DNA of 64,000 nt, from assembly GCA_965222115.1 (NCBI GenBank), contig CBDCTJ010000007.1, forward strand, positions 2,560,001 to 2,624,000, read 5' to 3'. Under the pieces are notes generated by a model. That model saw only the letters and a program-made list of their open reading frames with translations. It was not told where the DNA came from and made no database searches. The DNA is from Planctomycetota bacterium. GTDB taxonomy: Bacteria > Planctomycetota > PLA2 > JAEUHO01. A program made the position numbers and the translations under genes. Positions 47,569 through 57,276 of this stretch are shown here, piece after piece; the first letter of the stretch is position 1, and each line of letters begins with the position of its first letter.

Positions 47569-48491
47569 ACACAACATCCTCAGCCATTGTGTTTGATGAC
47601 GTCTATCGTCGCTTCAACAAGCAAGAGGTACTGCGCGGTCTCACGTTTCGCGTGGAACCCGGTACGGTCTACGCCCTGTTGGGACGCAACGGGTGTGGTA
47701 AATCCACCGCAATACGCATTCTGCTTGGATTCCTACGACCCCATCACGGTACGGCATCGATTTTAGATTGCGATAGTACACAGCTCACACCGGCGCATCG
47801 CGCGCGCATTGCCTATGTCACCGAGGGGCACAAGCTCTATGGAAGCATGAAGGTGGATCATGTGTTGCGCTTCGAAGCGGGCACGCGCAAGACGTTTGAA
47901 CTTGCCGAAGCACGAAAGCATGTGAGTGAGCTGGGACTTGATAGCAAGAAACGTGTTCGCCGGCTCTCGCGTGGACAACGCGCGCAACTTGCTTTGGCCA
48001 TCGCTGCCGCTTCAAGGCCCGAAGTGCTTGTCTTTGACGACCCCGCGCTGGGGCTTGACGCAGTGATGCGCCGCGAACTTCTCGACGCCATGATTTCTCT
48101 GTTGAGTGATCGCGGATGCGCGGTGCTGATGACCAGTCATATTCTCACCGACGTCGAACGCATGGCCGATCGCGTGGGCATCTTGCGCGACGGACAATTG
48201 ATCGTGGACGCCACCGTGGACGACATGAAGCGCCGTGTAACGCAACGTCATTGGATTCCGCAGGTGTCGTGCGAACCACCTGTGGATGCGCGCATTGTGA
48301 GTTCGCGGCCCACGCGCACCGGACACGAGCTCACGCTGGTGGATTGCAACCGTGAACTTGAGTCGCTGTTGACAAGGTCCGGTGAGACGTTGACGCGTCC
48401 TAAAACACCGACGTTGGAAGAGTTCTTTGTGAATCTCGTGGGTGGCAGTCCTGCCGTGGCAGCCGGTGATAGAAAGGAGGCCGTGGCATGA
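47565..48491 (+). CDS. ABC transporter ATP-binding protein (YtrB-like)
   Basis: GRNGCGKST, LSRGQ, VFDDPALGLD, TSH, C-terminal TLEEFF. Confidence 0.92.
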   Translation: MNTTSSAIVFDDVYRRFNKQEVLRGLTFRVEPGTVYALLGRNGCGKSTAIRILLGFLRPHHGTASILDCDSTQLTPAHRARIAYVTEGHKLYGSMKVDHVLRFEAGTRKTFELAEARKHVSELGLDSKKRVRRLSRGQRAQLALAIAAASRPEVLVFDDPALGLDAVMRRELLDAMISLLSDRGCAVLMTSHILTDVERMADRVGILRDGQLIVDATVDDMKRRVTQRHWIPQVSCEPPVDARIVSSRPTRTGHELTLVDCNRELESLLTRSGETLTRPKTPTLEEFFVNLVGGSPAVAAGDRKEAVA

Positions 48492-50656
48492 GAGCGCTAC
48501 TTCGCAAAGACTTCGTTTGGTATGCCCTGTTGTTGGTGGGGGCGACCGGAATCTTCGGCGCGGCGATTCTCTCCAATCGTGCAGACCGACTGTGGATTCA
48601 CGGCATTGAGCTTCGATTCGATGTTGTGTTCGCCGTTTGGATCATCGCCGGAGTTGTAGTGGGTTTTGTCGCGTGCTTTGCGGATCGAGCGCTGGGCACT
48701 CGCGAGTATCTATTGCATCGTCCCCAGTCTTGGTCGCGCGTGTTCTGGGTACGCACGGCGATGTGCCTTGGCATTCTCCTGCTCGCCAACGTGCTTCCCT
48801 ACGTGTATTCATGGATCAGTCCGACGGAAGACACTGGCAATCGGACGGTGTGGGACGCGAGCCGTGCATGGCTTCATCTGTCCATGGCTTCGTGCATCGT
48901 GCCTGCATTTGCTCTCGGAGCATTTGCCGCGTTGTCCCATGGGTCGTTCGTGGCTATTCTCTTCAAGCTCGGTGTCCTGGGCATGCCCACGATCTTCTTG
49001 ATGCAACGCCTCCTGCGTCCTTTGGATTCTGGATACCTCGCCTCGCCTTGGCTCTACGCGGCCGTTCAGTTGATGGTCGGTCTGTTCATCCTGCATCTTT
49101 CCGCACGCGGCTTCATCCGTGGATTCGATCGCGATGTAGATGACGCCCTGAGCGAACGAATGCCTTTACTCGGGGGCGTTGCACTTACGGCATCCCTATT
49201 GGCGGGTCTTTTCGCTGGAGGCGCACAACAGAGTTGGCAAAGGAACGTTCGACGCGCGTATCCAGAGATCATTGCTCAGCCCGATGGTGTACCCCACCTC
49301 GCCAAAGTTCGCCACATGATGCTTGAGCGCGAGAATGAAGGCGAGTTGAGGAATTCTTGGCCCAACTGGATCACGGTGCGATTCGCGGAGTTTAGAAACG
49401 AACAACACAGGCGCCGCGCGAAGCCGACGATCATGCTTGATGACAACGACCGACTCTTCCGAACGAACACGGAGGGCTGGCGTCCGTACAGCGATCAATA
49501 CTGGCATATGCAGTTGTGGCCGCGGAACCACGTTCGAAACGATTGGTCGCCCATGTTTGAAGAATCGGCGGACACGCTGCTCAATCAAATGCAACGTAGT
49601 TGGACCATTCACTCCACCATGCATCGCATCGTTCGCATTCTGCGACCGAGTGGGCGCCTCCGTGTCATGGCCCTTCGCAATCGAGGCGTTCCGTCGCTTC
49701 GGCGCAATGACCTGGAAACACTACCCAAGCCTTGGACGCGGGACTTTCAACGCGCAGACAAAAAACCGTTTGGGCATCGCGTATCGATCGTAACGGTCTC
49801 CGACGGGTCATTTCTGTTTGATGGATCCGATTTGACGCTGTGGCGGCTCACCGCCGATGTGACTCGAGGACCCCATGAGGCCTCCTTAGAGTCGATTCCC
49901 TTGCCAAAGCCCTTCCGTCCAACGGCGTTGTCGCATGCTCCGGGAAACCCACACCTTGCCAATAACCGCGTGGGAATACAGCGAGACATCCGAGACAACG
50001 TCGCGTATCTGCTCCTTGTGCAAGATGGGGACTGCTATCACTGGAAGAACGATCAACTCGTCCCCGTCGAACCGACACCAAAATTGCGGGAATTGTTGGA
50101 ACAGCAGCGTCGCATCGAAGCCGCATTGCCCATCCAACGGCGCTTGGTTTCGCGGGTTACTGCGGCAGGCATTCGGGATTCGCTCAAGCATCGCGCTGAG
50201 ATTCTGGACGAAAAGGGCCGCACGATTTTTTCGCATGACTATGAGCCCAGGACGAAATTCGAGCACGCGCTTGTCTTGGTCGGTTGTGCCTACTCCGCGT
50301 TGCGAGCCCCTCTCTTCGAACTCGGGAGTTACGCGCTTGACAGCAACCAAGCGTGGCTCTTTGATCCCTTCGTCATGGGGAACAAACGCATCGCGCCCCT
50401 GCTCTTTTGCCTCGTCGCGATGGTCATTCTCTTGCTCATCGCAATCTGGCGCATGAAACGCCTCCACATGCAGCGCTCGACGCGATTGTTGTGGCTGGTG
50501 CTAATCGCGTTGTTTGGGGTGGGCGCGTTCGTGGCGTTTTTCTTCCTCGAACGCGCCCGGGCCCATCGGCCGGTGCCACTGCGGAATTCAGGACAACGTC
50601 CCGCGCTGCTCCTTGCGTCACCGGCACGAGCCGATCACCGCGCGGTTGCTACGTAG
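48488..50656 (+). CDS. ABC-2-type permease-like membrane protein with large extracytoplasmic loop
   Basis: MRALLRKD start, GT.EYLLHRP.S motif, many TM segments; ATGA overlap with the ATPase. Confidence 0.75.
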   Translation: MRALLRKDFVWYALLLVGATGIFGAAILSNRADRLWIHGIELRFDVVFAVWIIAGVVVGFVACFADRALGTREYLLHRPQSWSRVFWVRTAMCLGILLLANVLPYVYSWISPTEDTGNRTVWDASRAWLHLSMASCIVPAFALGAFAALSHGSFVAILFKLGVLGMPTIFLMQRLLRPLDSGYLASPWLYAAVQLMVGLFILHLSARGFIRGFDRDVDDALSERMPLLGGVALTASLLAGLFAGGAQQSWQRNVRRAYPEIIAQPDGVPHLAKVRHMMLERENEGELRNSWPNWITVRFAEFRNEQHRRRAKPTIMLDDNDRLFRTNTEGWRPYSDQYWHMQLWPRNHVRNDWSPMFEESADTLLNQMQRSWTIHSTMHRIVRILRPSGRLRVMALRNRGVPSLRRNDLETLPKPWTRDFQRADKKPFGHRVSIVTVSDGSFLFDGSDLTLWRLTADVTRGPHEASLESIPLPKPFRPTALSHAPGNPHLANNRVGIQRDIRDNVAYLLLVQDGDCYHWKNDQLVPVEPTPKLRELLEQQRRIEAALPIQRRLVSRVTAAGIRDSLKHRAEILDEKGRTIFSHDYEPRTKFEHALVLVGCAYSALRAPLFELGSYALDSNQAWLFDPFVMGNKRIAPLLFCLVAMVILLLIAIWRMKRLHMQRSTRLLWLVLIALFGVGAFVAFFFLERARAHRPVPLRNSGQRPALLLASPARADHRAVAT

Positions 50657-50833
50657 GAGCCGTCGCCTGCAAGCTGGATATCTATTCGAAACACGGTGTG
50701 CGCGTCTATCAAGGGCGTTCCCGTACTGAGCAAGCGAGAGACGGAAGCGGTGTACTACACCCCGTAGGCATTTTTCCGGTGTGACCCGCGAACTTCTGGG
50801 TGTTGTCCTGCCAAGACGCGCGATACTCGGGTC

Positions 50834-51892
50834 ATGGACGTCGATCTACCGAAACGCGAGGGGCAGGCGACACGACTCGACGTTGACTTGCCGTCGGTGT
50901 TGGAACCGGTGCAAGCCGATTTGGTGCGCGTGCGTGACGCATTCGTTGGCATCGTGGCCGATGTATCGGAAGAGGCCGCAACGATGGTCAAGAGCGCGGC
51001 GGCGTTTTCGGGAAAGCAATTGCGTCCCGCACTCACTTGTTTGGCGGCGCGGGTTGCGGGCGGTGGGGTGGACGACGATGTGGCAACCGTGGCGGCGATT
51101 GTGGAGTTGATTCACACCGCAACGCTCGTCCACGACGACATCTTGGATTCCGCCGACTTGCGCCGCGAACGAAAGACGCTCAACGCCAAGTGGGGCGAGC
51201 AAGCCGCTGTGTTGGTGGGGGACGTGCTCTTTTCGAAGGCCTATCGCACGGCGTCTTATCTCGATGATCGTTTTGCGTCGCAACACCTAGCCGATGCCGT
51301 GGGTGAGGTTCTCGAAGGCGAGATTCTTCAAGATGTGCTCGCGGTGGATGTAGACGATCAAGATCACAGTGATCTTGACGCTGCCGAACATCAGTATCGA
51401 CGCATCATTCGCGGTAAGACGGCGGCGCTCTACGACGCAGCACTGCAGGTGGGCGCGCATTACGGTGGGGCTACTGAGACCGTTCGTGAAACGTTGGGAC
51501 GCTACGGCCATCACGTGGGCATGGCATTTCAGATCGTGGATGATCGTTTGGATTTGAGCGGTGACGAGGCGCGTGTCGGCAAGTCTCTAGGTCGCGACAT
51601 CAGCGAGGGCAAGCTTACGTTGCCCATGATTTGTTGGTTACGTGAACAGACGGATGCAAGTCGGGCCAAGGCCGAGGCGCTTCTTTCTCGAGCGCGAACC
51701 GATGAGGCCGCAGCCGCAGAGTTGCTTGCGGCGATAAAAGACAGCAAGGCACTCTCTGCAACCGATGACGCTGCACGACATGAATGTGAACAAGCCCGTG
51801 CGGTGCTTGCTGAATTCTCTGGCGCAGCGGATCAAGAGGCGGTTGTATGTCTGGATGCGATCGCTGCGTTCGTGTTGCGGCGGACGTACTAG
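50834..51892 (+). CDS. Polyprenyl diphosphate synthase (IspB-like)
   Basis: GKQLRP, ELIHTATLVHDDILD..LRR, GKTAAL, FQIVDD.LD, GK..G.D..EGK.TLP. Confidence 0.93.
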   Translation: MDVDLPKREGQATRLDVDLPSVLEPVQADLVRVRDAFVGIVADVSEEAATMVKSAAAFSGKQLRPALTCLAARVAGGGVDDDVATVAAIVELIHTATLVHDDILDSADLRRERKTLNAKWGEQAAVLVGDVLFSKAYRTASYLDDRFASQHLADAVGEVLEGEILQDVLAVDVDDQDHSDLDAAEHQYRRIIRGKTAALYDAALQVGAHYGGATETVRETLGRYGHHVGMAFQIVDDRLDLSGDEARVGKSLGRDISEGKLTLPMICWLREQTDASRAKAEALLSRARTDEAAAAELLAAIKDSKALSATDDAARHECEQARAVLAEFSGAADQEAVVCLDAIAAFVLRRTY

Positions 51893-51922
51893 AGCCCGGA
51901 CTATTCATGAATAGTCCGGGCT
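51893..51922. repeat. Perfect 30-bp palindrome flanked by CTAG
   Basis: AGCCCGGACTATTCA|TGAATAGTCCGGGCT, with CTAG at 51889-92 and 51921-24. Confidence 0.85.
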
Positions 51923-51951
51923 AGCTTCGGTATTTGGTGGAGCGATTCTTG

Positions 51952-51999
51952 GAAGAAGAGGGGCTCACCAAGGAAAGGCGAAGGGCACCAAGCGCAGCC
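51952..51999 (+). repeat. Dispersed intergenic repeat, copy 2
   Basis: GAAGAAG...CTCACCAAGG-N12-CACCAAGCGCAGCC; matches 43911-43954. Confidence 0.6.
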
Positions 52000-52271
52000 C
52001 GATGTTCGGTTACGGCGATCAATGGGAAAGGTTCGGGAGAAAGGGCTCCGAAGGAGCCAAAGCTGATAGCTAAGGGTGAGCGAAGCGAACCCTGTGATAG
52101 CAAAGGGTGTACGACGAGCGAAGCGAGGAGAAACCCTGGATGCAATCGAATTCTTGATTTCGCCTCTTGGCGCGAAGGAAGATTCACGCCACGCGCATCG
52201 AAGGGCCGAATCAAGAGTCGCGTAGATTGGGAAATGGCGGAGCCATCGCGGTTTCCCCTCGTGACCTCGAC

Positions 52272-54092
52272 CTACCGAATCACATAGGCCGCACCGGCAT
52301 CAAAGGCAGTGTTGTTGGTTTGATCTCCGCCGATGAGCGTCGCGTTGCTGCTCTCAAGTTCTGCGCCGATTGCGTACGAGTCGGAATTCAGCGAAACGCT
52401 GGTGCCAAAGCGGTCGTCGGCATCGGTATTGGAAGCCTTCAGGTAGAGCGATTGAGCCCATGCGCTCCCGTCGAACTCAAAGACGAACGCTGCACCAGCA
52501 CCCATGCTGTCGTTATTGGATGCGTCACCGCCAATACCCTCGGCGTTGCCGTCTTCGCGTGGTGCACCAATAATCAGCCGATTTTCGAAGAGCTGTAGCG
52601 ATACACCAAACTCTTCGGTCACGCCAACGTCAGACGGTTTGATGTAGGACGTCTGACTCCATGCACCCCCGACGCGATCAAATACATAGGCCGCACCGGT
52701 GTCGGCAAGGCTGTTGTCGGTTTCATCACCGCCAATGGACGTCGCCGCGCTGTCTTCTCCGGGTGCACCGATAACCATTGTCTCCGTCCAACAGGTAACG
52801 CTTGCGCCAAAGCGGTCAAACGGATCGGCGTTGGATGCCTTGATGTATGCCTCTTGGATCCAAGAAGGACCGTTTCGAAAAAACACGTAGACGGCGCCGG
52901 CTTCTTCCTGCGAGTTGTCTGCTTGTCCTGATGGATTGACACCCGTTGCATTGCTGTCCTCGCCGGGTGCGCCCACAACGATGATGGTGTCGGATACGGC
53001 AACCGCACTTCCGAATGCGTCCAAGTCGTCGGTGTTGGATGCCTTGAGGTAGATCGGGGCCGACCATGACGTGCCGTCAAATTGGAAAGCGTAGGCAGCA
53101 CCGGCAGCGAATGCGTTATTGTCGGCTTCGTTCCCCCCAACGCCCGTTGCGTTGCTGTCTTCACCGGGTGCTCCAACAACCAAGGTGTCCACCTGCAGCG
53201 CAACGGCATTGCCGAAGAAGTCCTCGTTGCCTGGATTCATTGCTTTGAGATAGGTCTGGAATGACCAGGTTGTGCCCGAGCGCGTGAATACATAGACCGC
53301 GCCCGATCGCGACACGGAGTTATCGGCTTGGTTTGCCGCGCTACCGCTGGATTCGTGCGGCGCACCGACCGCAATCGTGTCTCCCGACACCGCTACGGCG
53401 CGTCCGAATTCATCAAGCATGTCGGCATTGGGTGCTTTGAGAAGTGCTTGAAAAGTCCACGTTGTGCCACTACGCACATACACGTAAGCGGCGCCCGCCC
53501 AGACATGCGTATTCACGTTTGGGTCTGAACCGTCACTGCTTTCAAAGTTCGCACCCACGACGAGCGTATCGCCATCGATAGCCACGCTGGTGCCAAAGTG
53601 ATCGCCATCGCTGGTGTTGGCTGCCTTGATGTATGCCTCAAGTGCAATGCTCGGGCGATTGATAACAATGGTGTAGGTCTGTTGCGATCCATCTTCCGCC
53701 GTAACGACGACGGTGATGGGGTTGAGCCCGGTCGCTAGCGGGATGGATTGCGAAGGGGAGCCACTCGGCACGGCCATGCCGTCAACGAGAATCGTCGCCG
53801 TCGCATCATCCGCGGTCGGTTGAATCGTTATCGATGTGTCGCCGGTAGCCACACGGGCGGTATAGGCTGCAACGGCGGGATCAAATGCGGGCGTGAGAGC
53901 ACCTAGGGATAGGACCAGCCCACTTAGGTCGGCCTTATCGCTCAATGGTCCGTCACCTCCGGAACCGTTTCCACCCCCGCCGCCTCCGCCACCACCGCAA
54001 CCGATCAGGAGGGCGGCAATCAGTGCCAAGCTCCCAGTCGTGAACGACATTCGTTGAGGGGCATCACGTCGGACGCGGGTTAACCATGGCAT
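52272..54092 (-). CDS. Lipoprotein with cadherin-like beta-sandwich and integrin-type FG-GAP propeller
   Basis: GAGGAG RBS; lipobox LIGC-G9; L..L.LS.G.L.P.F...Y...V...I.V..TAEDG..Y (cadherin-like); seven FG.SV....L.VGAP...GA.YV repeats. Confidence 0.9.
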   Translation of the reverse strand: MPWLTRVRRDAPQRMSFTTGSLALIAALLIGCGGGGGGGGGNGSGGDGPLSDKADLSGLVLSLGALTPAFDPAVAAYTARVATGDTSITIQPTADDATATILVDGMAVPSGSPSQSIPLATGLNPITVVVTAEDGSQQTYTIVINRPSIALEAYIKAANTSDGDHFGTSVAIDGDTLVVGANFESSDGSDPNVNTHVWAGAAYVYVRSGTTWTFQALLKAPNADMLDEFGRAVAVSGDTIAVGAPHESSGSAANQADNSVSRSGAVYVFTRSGTTWSFQTYLKAMNPGNEDFFGNAVALQVDTLVVGAPGEDSNATGVGGNEADNNAFAAGAAYAFQFDGTSWSAPIYLKASNTDDLDAFGSAVAVSDTIIVVGAPGEDSNATGVNPSGQADNSQEEAGAVYVFFRNGPSWIQEAYIKASNADPFDRFGASVTCWTETMVIGAPGEDSAATSIGGDETDNSLADTGAAYVFDRVGGAWSQTSYIKPSDVGVTEEFGVSLQLFENRLIIGAPREDGNAEGIGGDASNNDSMGAGAAFVFEFDGSAWAQSLYLKASNTDADDRFGTSVSLNSDSYAIGAELESSNATLIGGDQTNNTAFDAGAAYVIR

Positions 54093-54341
54093 GGAGCGCT
54101 CCTCGATGGCAGATGCACGCGTGTTAGGCACTGGGAACTGAATCCCAACGCGGATGAATGGCAGCCAATCCGCGCCTGAGCTGGCGCCCTACGCATTTAC
54201 CTCTGATTTTGAGATCAACCCGCGGTTTTCCGTGCCGCTGCATCCGCAAGGTAGCACGAAGTGAGATTCTGAATTCTCAGGTGTGAATGGTCTCGGACAA
54301 GAATCTCCCCGAGGTCGTAGGTCTCGCGCTACGCTGTGCCT

Positions 54342-55214
54342 ATGCGATGTCTCCTCTCGCGCTGGTACGTCCTCCTGATTCTGGCCTTTGCTCTGTGCAT
54401 TGAAGCACCGCGGCTGGCGGGCGCGGCCGGGTACCAACTCGACGGTCAAATGGCGCGTGAGATTACGTTTTCAAGTGGCCTCTATGGGGCTGACGCCTCC
54501 ACGCCGTTGTCGTCGTTTCGCGGGCACGTGGTGTGGATCAAGTTTTGGCTGCGTGACTGTCCCGTGTGTCAGGCGCAGATGCCCGAGGCGCAACGCATGC
54601 ACGAGCGGTACAACCGCGCGGGGTTGGTCGTGCTCACGGTCATGAATCATTGGCAACCCAATCAAGTAGAACCGCTAATGCGTCGCAACGGGTGGAACTT
54701 TCGCGTGGGCATTGATCGCCATGGCCGCATGGGTCGTCGGTATGGTGTGGGACGTCGCCCCACGGACTATTTGGTTGATATTGATGGGCGCATCGTGGCG
54801 AGCAATCGGGTGAGCGCGTCTCAGGTGGAGCGCGAGTTACGGAAGTATCGGGCACGCGAATATGACGGTCGTGTTCCGCGCGTTGCCAACTGGAGCCACG
54901 TACGTGACGCGGCCATCCGCGACGACTATGGCGCGGCACTCCGCTTGGCCGAGTCGATGAAAGACGCCACCAATCCCGCGACGGCTGCGCGCCAACAGTT
55001 GAAGATCCTTGCTACGGAAAAGGTCAACCATCAGGCGGAGTTGGCTCGGCGAGGGGCAGCTCGAGGACGCCGGGCGCGGGCGGTGACAGACCTTCGCAGC
55101 TTGTATACGGCGTACCGTGGCACGAGTCTTGAGGCGTACACAAAGCAGATTTACGACAAGTTCTTGGCGTCGTTGTCTTCGGGCCACAAAACGCGCCAGC
55201 CGATTCGTCGCTGA
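54342..55214 (+). CDS. Secreted TlpA/redoxin-like thioredoxin-fold protein with helical C-terminal extension
   Basis: Signal-like N-terminus, LSSFRGHVVWIKFW..CPVC...P, YGV...PT.YLVD.DG.I. Confidence 0.85.
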   Translation: MRCLLSRWYVLLILAFALCIEAPRLAGAAGYQLDGQMAREITFSSGLYGADASTPLSSFRGHVVWIKFWLRDCPVCQAQMPEAQRMHERYNRAGLVVLTVMNHWQPNQVEPLMRRNGWNFRVGIDRHGRMGRRYGVGRRPTDYLVDIDGRIVASNRVSASQVERELRKYRAREYDGRVPRVANWSHVRDAAIRDDYGAALRLAESMKDATNPATAARQQLKILATEKVNHQAELARRGAARGRRARAVTDLRSLYTAYRGTSLEAYTKQIYDKFLASLSSGHKTRQPIRR

Positions 55215-55508
55215 CTACGAGGTCTCATTCCAATGCGTGATTGGCCGAGCGTGCCGCCGCGAGATAGGTCGCAAATACCAGATGCGATTCCCACAGGTCA
55301 CATCCCTCGTGACAATGCCATGACGCGCGAAGAAGCGCTCCAGGAGATAGGCGGCCTTGTCGGGTAGCTCGAAGGTGCCCTATTGCTGCTTTGCCTGGGA
55401 TTTGCAACCCGCGGGCGCTAGTCTGTGTGCGCGGTGGTCCGACACCGTAATTGCCGACGCGTCGGGAGGGGCGCGTCGGTGATTCACATCCCAAGGGAGG
55501 GAACCGGT

Positions 55509-57014
55509 ATGGAATCCGTGGGACGAATCAATTTGGATCAGGCCCATTCGAACCAGGGAGCCACGTCACCACGTGTCGCGCCTGTGCTACTGCGATTCGC
55601 GATGTTCACGCTTATCGCAGTTGGACTCATCACTGCCTCCACGGCCTGCCGTGGAACCCGCCTCACATCCAACGCCAACGGTGGCCTCGACGCGGTGTTG
55701 TTTCCGGTTCATTTGACACCTTCATCTGTCCCTCCGGCCTGCAACCAATGCATCTGCGCACGCAAGTGGGTGCCAGCCGTCACAAAGACCGTATGTAAGA
55801 CGGTGTGCGTAAAGCCCGCCAGCGTGAGCAAGCATTGGAACCCGCCCGAGTATGGGTACCGCATGAAGCTCAAGTGCGTTGAAGCTGCCGGAATCAAGCA
55901 CGAAGTCACTCCCGCCGAGTTCAAGATTCGCCGCAAGACCGTCATTGTTCGTCATGGCAGTGAAGTCGTGGTGCCCGTGGTGTGCGATACGTGCAACACG
56001 GGGACGTGTGGCGACCCGTGTGGCGATGCCTGCGGTACGTGCGGGCCGGTCGAAAAGACGTGTGGCTGCTGGAAGAAGGAAGTCATTCCACCCATCTTTG
56101 CCGAGAAGTGCGAGAAGGTCTGCATTGGCCCGTCCCGAACGAAACTCCACTACAAGCCCGCGCAGTATCGCGAAGTGCAAGAGCGCTATATCGTCAAGCC
56201 GGCGACGTGCGTTGAGATCCCCGTCCCCGCACAATACAAGACGATTCGCCGCAAAATCACCATCCGTCCCGGCTACTGGAAGAGCGTCCGCCGCGTGCTT
56301 TGTAGCGAATGTCGCAGCGCGGGGCACACGTGTGAACCGCTCGTCGCAACGGCGGCTGAGTACACACCTTCCTATATGGCACCACCAACATTCACGGTCG
56401 AGCCTGTGATTTCCCCCGATTGTTCCATTTGCGACACGCCATCGGAACTGCCGGAGCCCGCTCCCATCATTGAGCAGGAACCTGCGGTCGTAGCCGAAAT
56501 GCCAGCGCCCGCGCCGGTTGAAGCACCTGCTCCTCTTCCCGCTCCTTTTCCCGATGCGCCGGTTGCAAAGGCAAAGGTAGGCAAAGGCCTGCCATCGCTT
56601 CAGGTCGAGCTGGTGGACATGAATCCATCGGGTTCTGATGCCGGCGTGTTCTCGGTGGGCGACAGTGTCCGCTATCGCCTGATTGTGTCCCACGATGGTG
56701 GCACCGAGGGAATGACCGCCATGCGCGTCCAGTTCCGCTTGCCCCCGAGCCTGAGCTTCGTTTCCGGGTCTGGCGAAGGCATCGTGTCCATCACAGGAGC
56801 TGGACAATCGGCGACATCGAGCGACTTCACGTTACCCGTTGGCGAGTCACGCACACTGAATGTGCTTGCGCGAGTGGACGCTGCACCCCCGGGGCGCATG
56901 GTGAAAGTCACCGCCGATGTCAATACGGTAGACGGCACCATGCTGGCCACCGAGACGGAGAGCACCACCTTGGTAGGCTCATCCTCGTCTGGCGCTGAAT
57001 ACTCCGAACGGTAG
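55509..57014 (+). CDS. Cysteine-rich lipoprotein with PAxY-type beta repeats and C-terminal DUF11-like Ig domain
   Basis: GGGAGG RBS; STAC lipobox-like; about 23 Cys; repeats VPAVTKTVCKTVCVKPA, KPAQYREVQERYIVKPA, VPAQYKTIRRKITIRP; C-terminal VGD.V.Y.L.V...G...LP..L.FVS. Confidence 0.75.
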   Translation: MESVGRINLDQAHSNQGATSPRVAPVLLRFAMFTLIAVGLITASTACRGTRLTSNANGGLDAVLFPVHLTPSSVPPACNQCICARKWVPAVTKTVCKTVCVKPASVSKHWNPPEYGYRMKLKCVEAAGIKHEVTPAEFKIRRKTVIVRHGSEVVVPVVCDTCNTGTCGDPCGDACGTCGPVEKTCGCWKKEVIPPIFAEKCEKVCIGPSRTKLHYKPAQYREVQERYIVKPATCVEIPVPAQYKTIRRKITIRPGYWKSVRRVLCSECRSAGHTCEPLVATAAEYTPSYMAPPTFTVEPVISPDCSICDTPSELPEPAPIIEQEPAVVAEMPAPAPVEAPAPLPAPFPDAPVAKAKVGKGLPSLQVELVDMNPSGSDAGVFSVGDSVRYRLIVSHDGGTEGMTAMRVQFRLPPSLSFVSGSGEGIVSITGAGQSATSSDFTLPVGESRTLNVLARVDAAPPGRMVKVTADVNTVDGTMLATETESTTLVGSSSSGAEYSER

Positions 57015-57276
57015 GCTTCCTTCGCCCCGTTGGCGTGAAATCGCATCGTTTTAGGTCGTGACCGAATTTCGCGATTGGGCGAAACGGGACGCTGGTTTCA
57101 AGCCCGACCCGGGGTAGAAGTCTCACTGTCGGTGCGAGGATCGAAGGATCCGAGGAGGCCTCACGGAACAGTCCGGATCAGGACCCGAAGACACGGCGCC
57201 AGGACCGAATAAAGAGAACGGTACGCAGCCGCCTTCTCCAGGCGATGCATTCGAACAAGCGCCATCCGAACATACA

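Noticed and set aside
19149-48491. Genome-wide UGA reassignment (code 4 or 25) as the cause of the in-frame TGAs
   Set aside because: TGA ends several complete genes and overlaps the next start (37560-63, 47565-68, 48488-91, 19149-56); long conserved genes contain no internal TGA and use TGG for Trp.
55722-56807. Long antisense ORFs (this one, 25638..26360, 34817..35590 and others)
   Set aside because: They are shadows of GC-rich coding strands whose sense proteins carry clear motifs.
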